Shown: positions 1-13,083, numbered from the stretch's first letter. The stretch is 64,000 bases of DNA from Octopus vulgaris (GCA_951406725.2 OX597841.1:24242001-24306000), one strand, 5' to 3'. Made by a program: numbers and translations. The notes: generated by a model not told the origin, from the sequence alone.

Positions 1-94
1 TGTCAGCTCTGGTCAAACTGGCTAACAGATGTTAAAGGATGATAATAATGATGATGATGATGATGATGACTGTGAATAAATAAGCTTTAGTAGT

Positions 95-405
95 TTGAGG
101 TAGTGAGTTCAATTCCTGGACTGGGCTGTGTGTTGTGTTCTTGAGCAAGACACTTTATTTCACGTTGCTCCAGTTCACTCAGCTGTAGAAATGAGTTGCG
201 ACATCACAGGTGCCAAGCTGATTTGGCCCCTTTGCCTTTCCCTTGGATGACATCAGTGGCGTGGAGAGGGGAGGCCAGTATGCATGGGTGACTGCTGGTC
301 TTCCATAAACAACTTTGCCTGGACTTTTACCTCAGTGGGGAATTTTCTAGGTGCAAATCCCTTGCTCATTCATGACCGAAGGGGGTCTTTACCCATTACC
401 CTTTT
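95..405 (+). mobile_element. 5'-truncated tRNA-derived SINE (family D here)
   Basis: B-box-like GAGTTCAATTCC followed by TTGTGTTCTTGAGCAAGACACTTTATTTCAC; body matches the copy at 29777-30033. Confidence 0.75.
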
Positions 406-464
406 TTTTACCTTTGACAAAGTAATCTGATTGGTAAAGGATTACGTGGCTATGGAATCATTGA

Positions 465-858
465 TCATCATCATCATCATCATCATCATTTAGCGTTCGT
501 TTTCCATGCTAGCATGGGTTGGACGGTTCAACTTGGGTCTGTGAAGCCGGAAGGTTTCATCAGGCCCAGTCTGATCTGGCAGTGTTTCTACGGCTGGATG
601 CCCTTCCTAATGCCAACCACTCCGTGAGTGCAGTGGGTGCTTTGTACGTGCCACCCGCACAGGTGCCAGACAGAGCTGGCAAATGGCCACGAACGGATGG
701 TGCTTTTACGTGCCACCGGCACAGGGGCCAGGCGAGGCTGGCAACGGACACGAACGGATGGTGCTTTTACGTGCCACCGGCATGGGGGCCAGGCGAGGCT
801 GGCAAACGGCCACGAACTGATGGTGCTTTTACGTGCCACCGGCACAGGGGCCAGGCGT
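465..858 (-). mobile_element. RTE-LINE 3'UTR-derived repeat (family B) with internal ~60-bp tandem units
   Basis: (CAT)n tail, CCATGCTAGCATGG palindrome, GGATGCCCTTCCTAA motif shared with >10 copies; the same sequence follows RTE ORF2 coding remnants at 57540-57930. Confidence 0.8.
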
Positions 859-869
859 TGTAATTTTAT

Positions 870-1090
870 CATCCCATATGAACAGAACATATCTGGCGCT
901 TTCCCTTTCCAGTTTTGTACCCCCACAGTGTGCACTTCGGAGATGTTATGCCAATCAAGACATCTGAAACAGATCCATAATTCATATTCCTTTGATTCAG
1001 CACTTAGATATCTAATCATGGCTTCTTCAAGAACGTTCCATTATTCCTTTTCACCTTCATCTGGTTCGGTTGCTTGATTATATGTTTTCA
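870..1090 (-). pseudogene. possible highly decayed LINE apurinic-endonuclease fragment
   Basis: Minus-strand translation EPDEGEKE*WNVLEEAMIR...ELWIC...GVQNWKG...FC loosely resembles the RTE endonuclease pattern; by eye only. Confidence 0.3.
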
Positions 1091-1570
1091 CAAATACAAG
1101 ATGATTTCTTCTTTACTCTTTGAATTCATTTTCCCTAAGTTATTGAATTTCTTTTGCAATTCAATGTCATTCTTTTCAAATCATTTTCAGACAAAGAGAT
1201 CCTAGAAATTGTTACTGCTCTGATCTTAGAAGAAGAAAAACCTAAAGAAAGGGTTTTTTGCAGACTCCCGATAAACATAAAATTTTTAACCATTTAAGCA
1301 TAAAAGTTTTATTATAAATGGGAAAAAATAAATTAAAAAATTCCTTCATTTTCTTTGATGTGTGTTTATCATATTGCCATGGCTTTGATGGGATGTAATT
1401 AATGGGATGTAATTTTCATGGCAAGATGATCTTTCTGCTGCCAACTATTTCTAATTTTCCAAGTAAGAAATATTTCATTCCAGAGGAATTTGAAAGTATA
1501 GAGCTCATGGTGAATTTGTTGACTGGAAATGTCAACAAATGTCACCTGTTGCAGCCCATTCACAAACTGT

Positions 1571-1963
1571 GGATGGATGGAAGCACTCCGTCGGTTACGA
1601 CGACGAGGGTTCTGGTTGATCCGATCAACGGAACAGCCTGCTCGTGAAATTAACGTGTAAGTGGCTGAGCACTCCACAGACACGTGTACCCTTAACATAG
1701 TTCTCGGGGATATTCAGCGTGACACAGAGAGTGACAAGGCCGGCCCTTTGAAATACAGGTACAACAGAAACAGGAAGAAAGAGTGAGAGAAAGTTGTGGT
1801 GAAAGAGAACAGCAGGGATCACCACCACCCCCTGCCGGAGCCTCGTGGAGCTTTTAGGTGTTTTTGGTCAATAAACACTCACAACGCCCGGTCTGGGAAT
1901 CGAAACCGCGATCCTACGACCGCGAGTCCGCTGCCCTAACCACTGGGCCATTGCGCCTCCACC
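1571..1963 (-). mobile_element. full-length tRNA-derived SINE (family C) with target-site duplication
   Basis: Minus strand has A-box TGGCCCAGTGG and B-box GGTTTCGATTCC; TSD CACAAACTGT at 1561-1570 and 1964-1973; near-identical to 28619-29005. Confidence 0.9.
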
Positions 1964-2049
1964 CACAAACTGTAACATCACTGGTTAAAACCAAATCTCA
2001 CTGTTGCTTGTTAACATTCACAAACACATACGCATGTGTATGTGGTAGT

Positions 2050-2272
2050 GGCATGTAAAAGCACCCCCGTGTCATGCAAATGGCACCTGTGCCAGTGGCA
2101 CGTAAAAGCACCCATTACATTCTTGGAGTAATTGGTGTTAGGATGGGTATCCAGCCATAGAAAACCATGCCAAATCAGACTGGAGTCTGGTGCAGTCTTC
2201 TAGCATGCCAGCCTGGTCAAACCGTCAAGCCCATGCCAATATGACAATGGATGTTAAATGACGATGATGATG
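2050..2272 (+). mobile_element. family B (RTE 3' end) degenerate copy
   Basis: GTGGCACGTAAAAGCACCC...ATGTTAAATGACGATGATGATG tail. Confidence 0.7.
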
Positions 2273-2334
2273 GGTGGTAAGAAGCTTGTTTCCCAACCAA
2301 ATGGTTCCAAGTTCAGTTCCACTGCATGGTACTT

Positions 2335-2525
2335 TGGGAGAATTCACGAAAAAAACAAAAGACGAAGACAGATGGTATAGAAAACAACCAGATGTATTTG
2401 TATAACACTCGGGAATTTAAAAAGTCTTTTACGTTTCGAGCCTACGCTCTTCTACAGAAAGGAACAGAGAAAGAAACAAGGAGAGAAAAAAAATTTGTGT
2501 AGTGGCTACTGATCTATCATGGCAA
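2335..2525 (-). mobile_element. ~190-bp hammerhead-bearing element (family E)
   Basis: Reverse complement matches the units at 51346-52123; carries CTTT-CTGTAGA-A-GAGC-GTAG-GCTC-GAAA-CG-TA-AAAG at about 2426-2461. Confidence 0.75.
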
Positions 2526-2540
2526 CTGATATATATATAT

Positions 2541-2819
2541 ATCATGTGATCACGTGACCGACCAGACCATCAGATGTTGTTACACATCGCTGGTCACAAT
2601 GCGTTCGCATTGTTTTAGCCTTTGAATGATGCCACCCCGCTGGCTAAGCGAGCAGGCCAACAGAAGAAAGAGTGGTGAAAGAGTACAGCAGGGATCACCA
2701 GCCCCTGCCGGAGCCTCGTGGAGCTTTTAGGTGTTTTCGCTCAATAAACACACACAACGCCCGGTCTGGGAATTGAAACCGCGAGTCCGCTGCCCTAACC
2801 ACTGGGCCATTGCGCCTCC

Positions 2820-2820
<1 letters not shown>
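2541..2820 (-). mobile_element. family C-headed SINE with a different 3' region
   Basis: Head identical to family C (2670-2820); 2541-2660 does not match the family C tail. Confidence 0.65.
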
Positions 2821-2850
<30 letters not shown>

Positions 2851-3608
2851 AATGGGCTTGCTACAAATTCCCTTGTAAAGCAGTGGTTGGCCCCAGGCTG
2901 TAATAGAAGATGTTGGCCCTAGATGCAATGGAGCGGAACTGAAGCTGAAACCTCATAGAGATTGAAAAATGAACTTTCTAACCACACAACCATCCATACC
3001 TGTGCCTTAATTTGCATTTAATCTGCTATTCTAAATAATGGTAATTTAATTACTCAACATTGAAATTATTCATAAAATGTATAGAAAATTTAAATTTTAA
3101 GAAAATTGACTGTCAATAAAACGTAGACTACAAAAAAAGAGATTCACGGAAAACATTTTACAATTTTCTTTTTAATATTTATTAAATGTTATTCAGAAAT
3201 TTTATGCAGAGTTTTTCTGTGAGAGAAACAGGTTTCTTTTAACAGTGATCCATTTAACATTAGTGTCTGACTATGACATTTATAAACAATTGAAGCGTAA
3301 ACAAGTCTCTTTTACAGAATTATGAAATTTTGCTAATACCCACACGGTTGTCAGATCAATTTGGGCAGGAAAGTCGCACCCAAATGAAAATTTTGCTAAT
3401 AAGTATATATGTCTATGTGCGTCTGTATACACACACACACATGTATATGTAAATATATTATATATATTTCCCTGTAAATCTGATTTTTTCCCTGTAAATT
3501 TGGATTTATTCCCTAATATTTATTATATATCATCATCGTTTAACGTCCGCTTTCCATGCTAGCATAATATATAATATATATAGTAATCTCCAAGGGGAAG
3601 TCAAAAAT

Positions 3609-3821
3609 TACTCTTTACTTGTTTCAGTCATTTGACTGCGGCCATGCTGGGGCACTGCCTTTAGTCAAAGAAATCGACCCCAGAACTTATTCTTTGTAAG
3701 CCTAGTACTTATTCTATCGGCCTCTTTTGCCAAACTACTAAGTTATGGGGACATAAACACACCAGCATCGGTTGTCAACCCTAACCCTAACCCTAACCCT
3801 AACCTAGGGGGACAAACACAG

Positions 3822-3884
<63 letters not shown>

Positions 3885-4050
3885 TACGACGGGCTTCTTT
3901 GAGTTTCCGTCTACCAAATCCACTCACAAGGCTTTAGTCAGCCTGAGGCTGTAGTAGAAGACACTTACCCAAGGTGCCACGCAGTGGGACTGAACCCGGA
4001 ACCATGTGGTTCGTAAGCAAGCTACTTACCACACAGCCACTCCTACGCCT
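3609..4050 (-). mobile_element. tRNA-derived SINE (family A) containing a telomeric-repeat insert
   Basis: A-box TGGCTGTGTGG, B-box GGTTCAGTCCC on minus strand; internal (TA)n; (CCCTAA)4 at 3779-3802. Confidence 0.9.
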
Positions 4051-4319
4051 ATATATATATATATACATATATATATATGTGTGTGTGTGCGTATGTGTGT
4101 ATAAAATGATTGCTTATATATTAGTTTTATTTAACTTAATTTATGACATAATATTCCCAGATATATAAGTATAATAGTTATAATAGTTATGTTCAATCAG
4201 GAAAGATAGAAAAAGATAAATGTTGATGACACGTCTGGAATGAGTAAATGCAGACACACAAGTTTGGCTTTAATTGTTTTTCAACTGTATTTCATAGGAT
4301 ATATGGATGAGAAAACATT

Positions 4320-5200
4320 TACATGCCTACATACATGCAAAGATACATACATAGCTATATACATTTGTAGTTGCACACATATACATACATGAATACATAC
4401 ATACATACATACATACATACATACAAGAATAAATACAAACATACAGAGATACATACATACACAGACACACATATATGCATACATGCATATGTACATATAT
4501 TCATACATACTGTATTCATACATACATACATAGATAGATACATACACACATACATACATACATAAATACATACATACATACCTACATACATACAAACATA
4601 CATACATCATACATACATACATACATATATACATACATACATACATACATACATACCTACATACAAACATACATACATAGATAGATACATACACAAACAC
4701 ATACATACATACATACATACATACATACATACATACATACAGACAGACATCATACATAGATAGATAGATGCATACATACATACCTACATACATACAAACA
4801 TACATACATATATACGTACATACATACATCATACATACATAGATAGATACATACCTACCTACCTACATACATACATACATACATACATACATACATACAT
4901 ACAAACACACACACACATACGTACATACATACGTACATACACACACACACACATACACACACATACATACATACATACATACATACATACATACATACAT
5001 ACATACATACATACATCATACATACATACATACAAACATACATACAAACACATACATACATACATACATACATGCACATACATACATACATACATACATA
5101 CAAACATACATACATACATACATACAAACATACATACATACATACATACATACAAACATACATACATACATACATACATACATACAATAATACATACATG
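4320..5200. repeat. (CATA)n compound microsatellite
   Basis: Directly visible. Confidence 0.95.
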
Positions 5201-5494
5201 AAATGTATTAAAGGAAAGTGACAGATGTTTTTTTACAAAAACACTGTTCATGCGAATGATATACAGACAGAAGTACAATAAAACAATTACAACATTTGTA
5301 TTTGTTTAAAAGAAAAAAAAAAGCTTTTTGTTGTTGTTGCCGCTGTTGTTGTTGTTGTTGTTGTTCCATCTATTGCATTTAATTAAAAAACACCGTTTGA
5401 ACTTCACATACAAAGTAACCTTATTCATATTTAAGATTTTTTAATTTGCAAAATCAATTTACGGCTGCAGAAAATTCACATTCAATATTTACTT

Positions 5495-5521
5495 ATATAC
5501 ATGTGTGTGCATATGTGTGTA

Positions 5522-5565
<44 letters not shown>

Positions 5566-5661
5566 GATAGAATATAAATATATATATATAAAGGGAGAGA
5601 GATGGAGAGATAGAATATATATATATATATATATATGTGCGTGCGTGTATATATATATGTG

Positions 5662-5692
<31 letters not shown>

Positions 5693-5711
5693 GTGTGTGT
5701 GTAGATAGATA

Positions 5712-5762
<51 letters not shown>

Positions 5763-5789
5763 TAGAATATATATATACATACATGTGTG

Positions 5790-5820
<31 letters not shown>

Positions 5821-5823
5821 ATG

Positions 5824-5869
<46 letters not shown>

Positions 5870-5975
5870 TGTATATACATATATAGTTAGATAGATAGAT
5901 AGATAGATAGAAATATATATATTTACATTTGTACATATATATGTGTATATACATACATATATATATATATATATA
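5495..5975. repeat. (TA)n/(TG)n/(GATA)n compound microsatellite
   Basis: Directly visible. Confidence 0.95.
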
Positions 5976-6378
5976 CTCTTTACTCTTTTACTCTTTTACT
6001 TGTTTCAGTCATTTGACTGCGGCCATGCTGGAGCACCGCCTTTAATCGAGCAACTCGACCCCGGGACTTATTCTTTGTAAGCCCAGTACTTATTCTATCG
6101 GTCTCATTTGCGGAACCGCTAAGTGACGGCGACATGAACAGACCAGCATTGGTTGTCAAGCAATGCTAGGGGGACAAACACAGACACACATACATATATA
6201 TAAATATATACATATATACGACAGGCTTCTTTTAGTTTCCGTCTACCAAATCTACTCACAAAGCATTGGTCGGCCCGGGGCTATAGCAGAAGACACTTGC
6301 CCAAGATGCCACACAGTGGGACTGAACCCGGAACCATGTGGTTGGTTAGCAAGCTACTTACCACACAGCCACTCCTGC
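5976..6378 (-). mobile_element. family A SINE
   Basis: Full head-to-tail match with (CTTTTACT)n tail. Confidence 0.9.
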
Positions 6379-6849
6379 TGTGTATATATATATAAAAAGA
6401 GAGAGAGAGAGAGAGATAGATAGAATAAATATAATCATATATGTGTGTGTGTGTGTGTATATATATTGATAGATAGATAGAAATATATATATATATATTT
6501 ACATTAGTATATATATGTGTGTATGTATATACATACATATATATATATATACACACACATGTATATGTATGTCTTTATTAAATTACAGTTTGACTCACTT
6601 CCATACGACTTAAATGTTTCATGTGTGTGTAGGATGCGTCTCGTTCTTATCAGATATCAGGATTACTGATAAGATGATATCTGATGAGATAAACGATGAG
6701 GTGGGTGTGTCCTTCATGCCCTTGAAACAGAGTCAGTCTCTTGTCAAAAATATATGCAATCCTACGAAATGTATTGAGTGCCACTTTCTCTCATCTGCCC
6801 ACTCACTCGCATATAATGTCATCATCATTGTTATCATCATTATCATCAT

Positions 6850-8810
6850 CATCCTTTAACGTCCGTTTTTCATGCTGGCATGGGTTGGATGACTTGACAG
6901 GAACTGGTGGGCACAAGCGCCACACCAGGATCTGTAGTCTGATTTGGTTTGGTTTCTATAGTTGGATGCTCTTCTTAATACCAACAGCTTTACAGATTAT
7001 ACTGGGCTCATTTTACATGGTACCATCACCAGTGCTTTTTATATGGTACCATCACTAGTACTTTTTATTTGGTACCATTACCGGTACTTTTTATTTGGCA
7101 CCATCACCAGTACTTTTTATTTGGTACCCTTACCAGTACTTTTTATGTGGTACCATCACCGGTACTTTTTATTTGGTACCATCACCGGTACTTTTTATGT
7201 GGTACCATCACCGGTACTTTTTATTTGGTACCATCACCAGTACTTTTTATGTGGTACCATCACCAGTACTTTTTATTTGGTACCATCACCGGTACTTTTT
7301 ATTTGGTACCATCACCGGTACTTTTTATGTGGTACCATCACCAGTACTTTTTATTTGGTACTATCAACAATCCTTTTTACGTGGTATCATCACCAGTACT
7401 TTTTATGTGGTACCATCACCAGTACTTTTTATGTGGTACCATCACCAGTTCTTTTTATTTGGTACCATCACCAGTACTTTTTATTTGGTATCATCACCAG
7501 TACTTTTTATGTGGTACCATCACCAGTACTTTTTATGTGGTACCATCACCAGTACTTTTTATTTGGTACTATCAACAATCCTTTTTACGTGGTATCATCA
7601 CCGGTACTTTTTATTTGGTACCATCACCAGTACTTTTTATGTGGTACCATCACCAGTACTTTTTATTTGGTACTATCAACAATCCTTTTTACGTGGTATC
7701 ATCACCGGTACTTTTTATTTGGTACCATCACCAGTACTTTTTATTTGGTACCATCACCAGTACTTTTTATTTGGTATCATCACCAGTACTTTTTATGTGG
7801 TACCATCACCAGTTCTTTTTATTTGGTACCATCACAGGTACTTTTTATGTGGTACCATCACCAGTACTTTTTATTTGGTACCATCACTGGTACTTTTTAT
7901 GTGGTACCATCACCAGTACTTTTTATGTGGTACCATCACAGGTACTTTTTATGTGGTACCATCACCGGTACTTTTTATTTGGTACCATCACCGGTATTTT
8001 TTATGTGGTACCATCACCAGTACTTTTTATGCGGTACCATCACCAATACTTTTCATTTGGTACCATCACCGGTACTTTTTATGTGGTACCATCACTAGTA
8101 CTTTTTATGCGGTACCATCACCAATACTTTTTATTTGGTACCATCACCGGTACTTTTTATTTGGTACCATCACCAATACTTTTTATTTGGTACCATCACC
8201 GGTACTTTTTATGTGGTACCATCACCAATACTTTTTATTTGGTACCATCACTGGTACTTTTTATGTGGTACCATCACCAGTACTTTTTATTTGGTACCAT
8301 CACCAATACTTTTTATGCGGTACCATCACCAATACTTTTCATTTGGTACCATCACCGGTACTTTTTATGTGGTACCATCACCAGTACTTTTTATGCGGTA
8401 CCATCACCAATACTTTTCATTTGGTACCATCACCGGTACTTTTTATGTGGTACCATCACCAGTACTTTTTATGTGGTACCATCACCAGTACTTTTTATGC
8501 GGTACCATCACCAGTACTTTTTATTTGGTACCATCACCGGTACTTTTTATTTGGTACCATCACCAGTACTTTTTATTTGGTACTATCACCGGTATTTTTT
8601 ATGTGGTACCAGCACACACCACACACCAATGCTTTTTATGTGACACCTTGGTTTTATTATATCAATTCTGTAGTGGCACATGAGTCCTCTTGAGTACAGC
8701 AATGTGCCACATATCCCAGTCTTCTGTCATCTCCATCTTAATGCTCAGCATTTTGGCATTTTCCTGCAACACTTCATCCCACGTCTTTCCCAACTATCCT
8801 CCACTTCTTT
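6850..8810 (-). mobile_element. RTE LINE 3' fragment whose 3'UTR contains an expanded minisatellite
   Basis: Family B tail at 6850-7010; minus strand 8690-8810 translates ..GKTWDEVLQENAKMLSIKMEMTEDWDMWHIAVLK, like the RTE ORF2 C-terminus. Confidence 0.65.
7019..8610. repeat. 26-bp minisatellite GGTACCATCACC(A/G)GTACTTTTTAT(G/T)T, about 60 copies
   Basis: Directly visible contiguous tandem units with no unique spacers. Confidence 0.95.
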
Positions 8811-8874
8811 ATGCAACTGTCCTCATCTAATCTGCATCACACGACCAAACCTCTTGCACATAATTCTTCTTATG

Positions 8875-9240
8875 GCACAGGAGTGGCTGTGTGGTAAGTA
8901 GCTTGTTTACCAACCACATGGTTCCGGGTTCAGTCCCACTGCGTGGCACCTTGGGCATGTGTCTTCTACTATAGCCTCGGGCCGACCAAAGCCTTGTGAG
9001 TGGATTTGGTAGATGGAAACTGAAAGAATCCCGTCGTATATATGTGTGTGTTTGTGTGTCTGTGTTTGTCCCCCCCCCAACATCGCTTGACAACCGATGC
9101 TGGTGTGTTCGGCAAAAGAGACCGATAGAATAAGTACTAGGCTTACAAAGAATAAGTCCTGGGGTCGATTTGTTCAATTAAAGGCAGTGCTCCAGCATGG
9201 CCACAGTCAAATGACTAAAACAAGTAAAAGAATAAAAGAA
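8875..9240 (+). mobile_element. family A SINE
   Basis: Head GGCACAGGAGTGGCTGTGTGG to tail AAGTAAAAGAATAAAAG. Confidence 0.9.
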
Positions 9241-9311
9241 TTATGCCCAACTTCTCTCTCAATACGTCACTGTTCTGTTGCACATGTACACTGATATATC
9301 ATCACCATCCG

Positions 9312-9459
9312 ATTCTTTGTAAGCATAGTACTTATTCTATCAGTTGTTTTTTGCTGAACTGCTAAGTTAAGGGGACATAAACACACCAGCATCAATTGTG
9401 AAGCATATGTGAGGGGCAGGGGGACAAGCACAGACACACACGCATAAATACATACAAAA

Positions 9460-9490
<31 letters not shown>

Positions 9491-9512
9491 TAAATAAATG
9501 GTACAATGAGGT

Positions 9513-9555
<43 letters not shown>

Positions 9556-9720
9556 TACATACATTGGGCTTCCTTCAGTTTCTGTCTACCAAATCCACTA
9601 ACATGGCTTTGGTCGGCCCAAGGCTATAATAGAAGACACTTGTCCAAGGTGTCATGCTGTGGGACTGAACCTGGAGCCATCATGTAGAGAAGCAAGTTTC
9701 TTACCACACAGCCATGCCTA
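9312..9720 (-). mobile_element. family A SINE, diverged and 3'-truncated
   Basis: Similarity to other family A copies. Confidence 0.75.
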
Positions 9721-9804
9721 TGTAGATATATAAGTACATATATATATGTAGATACATAAATACATACATACATATATACGCATACATACATATATATATA
9801 TATG

Positions 9805-9997
9805 TGCAGGTGGCTCGTAAAAAGCACCCACTACACTCACGGAGTGGTTGGCGTTAGGAAGGGCATCCAGCTGTAGAAACACTGCCAGATCAGACTGGAG
9901 CCTGGTGCAGCCCCTGGCTTCCCAGACCCCGGTCGAACCGTCCAACCCGTGCTAGCGCGGAAAACGGACATTAAACAATGATGATGATGATGATGAT
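9805..9997 (+). mobile_element. family B (RTE 3' end)
   Basis: GGCGTTAGGAAGGGCATCCAGCTG ... (GAT)n tail. Confidence 0.85.
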
Positions 9998-10018
9998 ATA
10001 TATATATATATACATATA

Positions 10019-10361
10019 CCGGAGTAAACACATAAATGTGAAACAAGGTGGAAAAAAAGAGTACTCAAATACCAGGGGTAGAGTAATATGCTTTATTTAA
10101 AGCAGCAGAAAATTCAACAAAATCTGTTACTCTGAGTTTCTCGTTGCCGTTCATCAGACAGTTCTTGCTAGAATGGAACCGATATATCAATTCAATCCAG
10201 ACTCTACACCTTAAAAAAAAAAAAAAAAAAAAGGTCTAGCGTTTGTAAGAGTCTGGATTGAATTGATATATCGGTTCCATTCTAGCAAAAACTGTCTGAT
10301 GAACGGCAACGAGAAACTCAGAGTAACAGATTTTGTTGAATTTTCTGCTGCTTTAAATAAA

Positions 10362-10362
<1 letters not shown>
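10019..10362. mobile_element. fold-back element in (TA)n with 115-bp inverted arms, Penelope-like terminus
   Basis: Arms 10091-10205 and 10248-10362 are near-perfect reverse complements; left end recurs at 42658-42710. Confidence 0.75.
10287..10334 (+). ncRNA. minimal type-I hammerhead ribozyme motif (mirror copy on minus strand at about 10119-10166)
   Basis: AAAACTGT-CTGATGA-ACG GCAA CGA-GAAA-CTC A GAG-TA-ACAGATTTT; stem I CTGT/ACAG, GUA site; stem II is only 2 bp. Confidence 0.6.
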
Positions 10363-10402
<40 letters not shown>

Positions 10403-10460
10403 TATTTGTGTAAATGTGTATTAAATAAATGAATGTGTGTATATGTATAGATATGCATGT

Positions 10461-10505
<45 letters not shown>

Positions 10506-10754
10506 TACATATATATACATACACACACATATATCTGTGTGTGACCATGATACACACACAACATACACACACACACACACACACGTATGTAGAGTCCATA
10601 TCATTTGATGTGGGCAAAAAGCCACAATATTAGTTCCACTCAAATCAAATCCACTGATGTGTCACATCAGTTCCAATAATGTCTTCTCGGCTGGAGATTC
10701 CCTCCCAAGGTGGTAGGTCACATACAAAATAGCTTAACGGTTGCATGGTTGAAT

Positions 10755-11830
10755 GTGGTGGTGGTGGTGGCAGTGGTGGTTGTTGTTGTTGTTGGTGGTG
10801 GTGGTTGTTTTGTTTGAAGGTAATGGTAATGGTGATGATGATGGTGGTGGTGTTGGTGGTGGTGCTAGTTTTGTTCATGTTGGTGGTGGCGACGACGACG
10901 GTGGTAGCAACACCAGTGGTGGTGGCGGCGGCAACGTTGGTGGTGGTGATGGTGCTGGTCGTGGTGGTGGAGGTAGTAGTATGGCGGTAGTGGCAGAGAT
11001 GGTAGTATTGGGGTGAAAGGTGTGTGAAAGTGATGATGATGGTGGTGTTGGTGGTAACGATGAAGGTGGTGGTGGTGGTGGTACTATTTTTGTTCTTGTT
11101 GGTGGTGGCGACGATGGTGGTAGCCACAACAGTGGTTGTGGTTGTGGACGTGGTGGTGCTGGTTGTGGTGGTGGTTGAGGGGATAGTAGTGGTGGTAGGG
11201 GTTTGTAGTGTTAGCGGTGGTGAAGGTGGTAAAGGTGATAGCGATAATGTTGGTGACAGTATTGAAAGTGGTGGTGGTGGCAGTGGTAGTCATAGTGGTA
11301 GTAGTGGTTGGATTGTATGAAGGTAATGGTAATGGTGATGGTAGTATGGCGGTAGTGGCAGAGATGGTAGTATTGGGGTGAAAGGTGTGTGAAAGTGATG
11401 ATGATGGTGGTGTTGGTGGTGGTGTTAGTGGTAATGATGAAGGCGGTGGTGGTGGTGGTAGTGGTAGTGGTGGTGTTGCTAGCTTTGTTGTTGCTGGTGG
11501 TGGCGACAACGGTGGTAGCAACACCAGTGGTGGTGGTGGTGGTTTTGGTTGTGGTGGTGGTTGAGGGGGTAGTAGTGGTGGTAGGGGTTTGTAATGTTAG
11601 CGGTGGTGAAGGTGGTAAAGGTGATAGCGATAATGTTGGTGACGGTATTGAAAGTGTTGTTGCTGTAGTGGTGGTGGTGGTGGTGGTGGTGTTAGTGGTG
11701 GTGGTGATGGTGGTGCTGGTGTTAGCGGTGGAGGTGAAAGCAGGGTTGGTGACAGCGTAGGGGATGAGTGTAGTGGTGGAAGAGTTGATGTTTGTGGTCA
11801 AGATTGTGTTGGTTGTAGTGTTAGTGGTGG
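10755..11830. repeat. degenerate (GGT)n tract with an internal ~350-bp duplication
   Basis: 10975-11270 repeated at about 11340-11660. Confidence 0.9.
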
Positions 11831-11869
11831 AGCTTATGTGTTGGCTAAACAATCCCATGCTAACATATT

Positions 11870-12427
11870 ACCACCACCACCACCACCACCACGACCACCA
11901 CCACCACCACCACTGCCACCACCACCATCACGACGACGACCACCACTACCACCACCACCATGACGACCACGACCACGACGACGACGACGACGACGACCAC
12001 CACCACCACAACCACCACCACCACCAACACCACCACCACGACCACCACGACGACGACGACCACCACCACCACCGCCACCACGACGACAACGACCACCACG
12101 ACCACGACCACCACCACTACCACCACCACTACAACCACCATCACACCACCACCACCCCGACCACCCCGACCACCACCACCACCACCACACCACCACCACC
12201 ACCACCACCACCACCACTACCACCACCACCACTACCACCACCACTACCACCACCACCACCACCACCACTACCACCACCACTACCACCACCACCACTACCA
12301 TCATCACCACCACCACCACCACCACCAACACCACCACGACCACGACCACGACCACCACCACCACCACCACCACCACCACCACACACCACCACCACCACCA
12401 CCACCACCACCACCACCACCACCACCA
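11870..12427. repeat. (ACC)n/(ACG)n trinucleotide tract
   Basis: Directly visible. Confidence 0.95.
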
Positions 12428-12519
12428 TGTTTATACAAAGTGGAAGTTATACAAGTTAAAGCTTGATTAATTTCCTCAGTATAATTAGAAGACCTTTTCA
12501 TTCACAACCAATTAATTAA

Positions 12520-12611
12520 TTTTGTATATATATGTATGTGTGTGCATGTATATATGTATGTGTTAACGTGTGTGTGCTTATATGTATGTATGTGTGTGGG
12601 TATGTGGGTGT

Positions 12612-12646
<35 letters not shown>

Positions 12647-12737
12647 TAGATATAAATTTAGATGATATACACATATTACATTATATGACCACATAAACAC
12701 ATACACTCACATATGATATATACATGTGTGTATATAC

Positions 12738-12797
<60 letters not shown>

Positions 12798-12875
12798 ATA
12801 TATAGAGAGAGAGAGACAGATAGACAGATAGACAGACAGATAGACAGATAGATAGATAGAAAGAATGAAAGATAG

Positions 12876-12906
<31 letters not shown>

Positions 12907-13040
12907 GATAGATAGATAGATAGGTAGATAGATAGATAGATAGATAGGTAGGTAGGTAGGTAGATAGATAGATAAATATGTAGATAGGTAGGTAGGTAGG
13001 TAGATAGATAAATAGATAGATAGATAGGTAGGTAGGTAGG

Positions 13041-13083
<43 letters not shown>

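Noticed and set aside
6962-8693. Long ORFs of 378-532 aa; CRISPR-like appearance
   Set aside because: Pure 26-bp tandem repeat without spacers or cas genes; ORFs open in all plus frames are a repeat artefact
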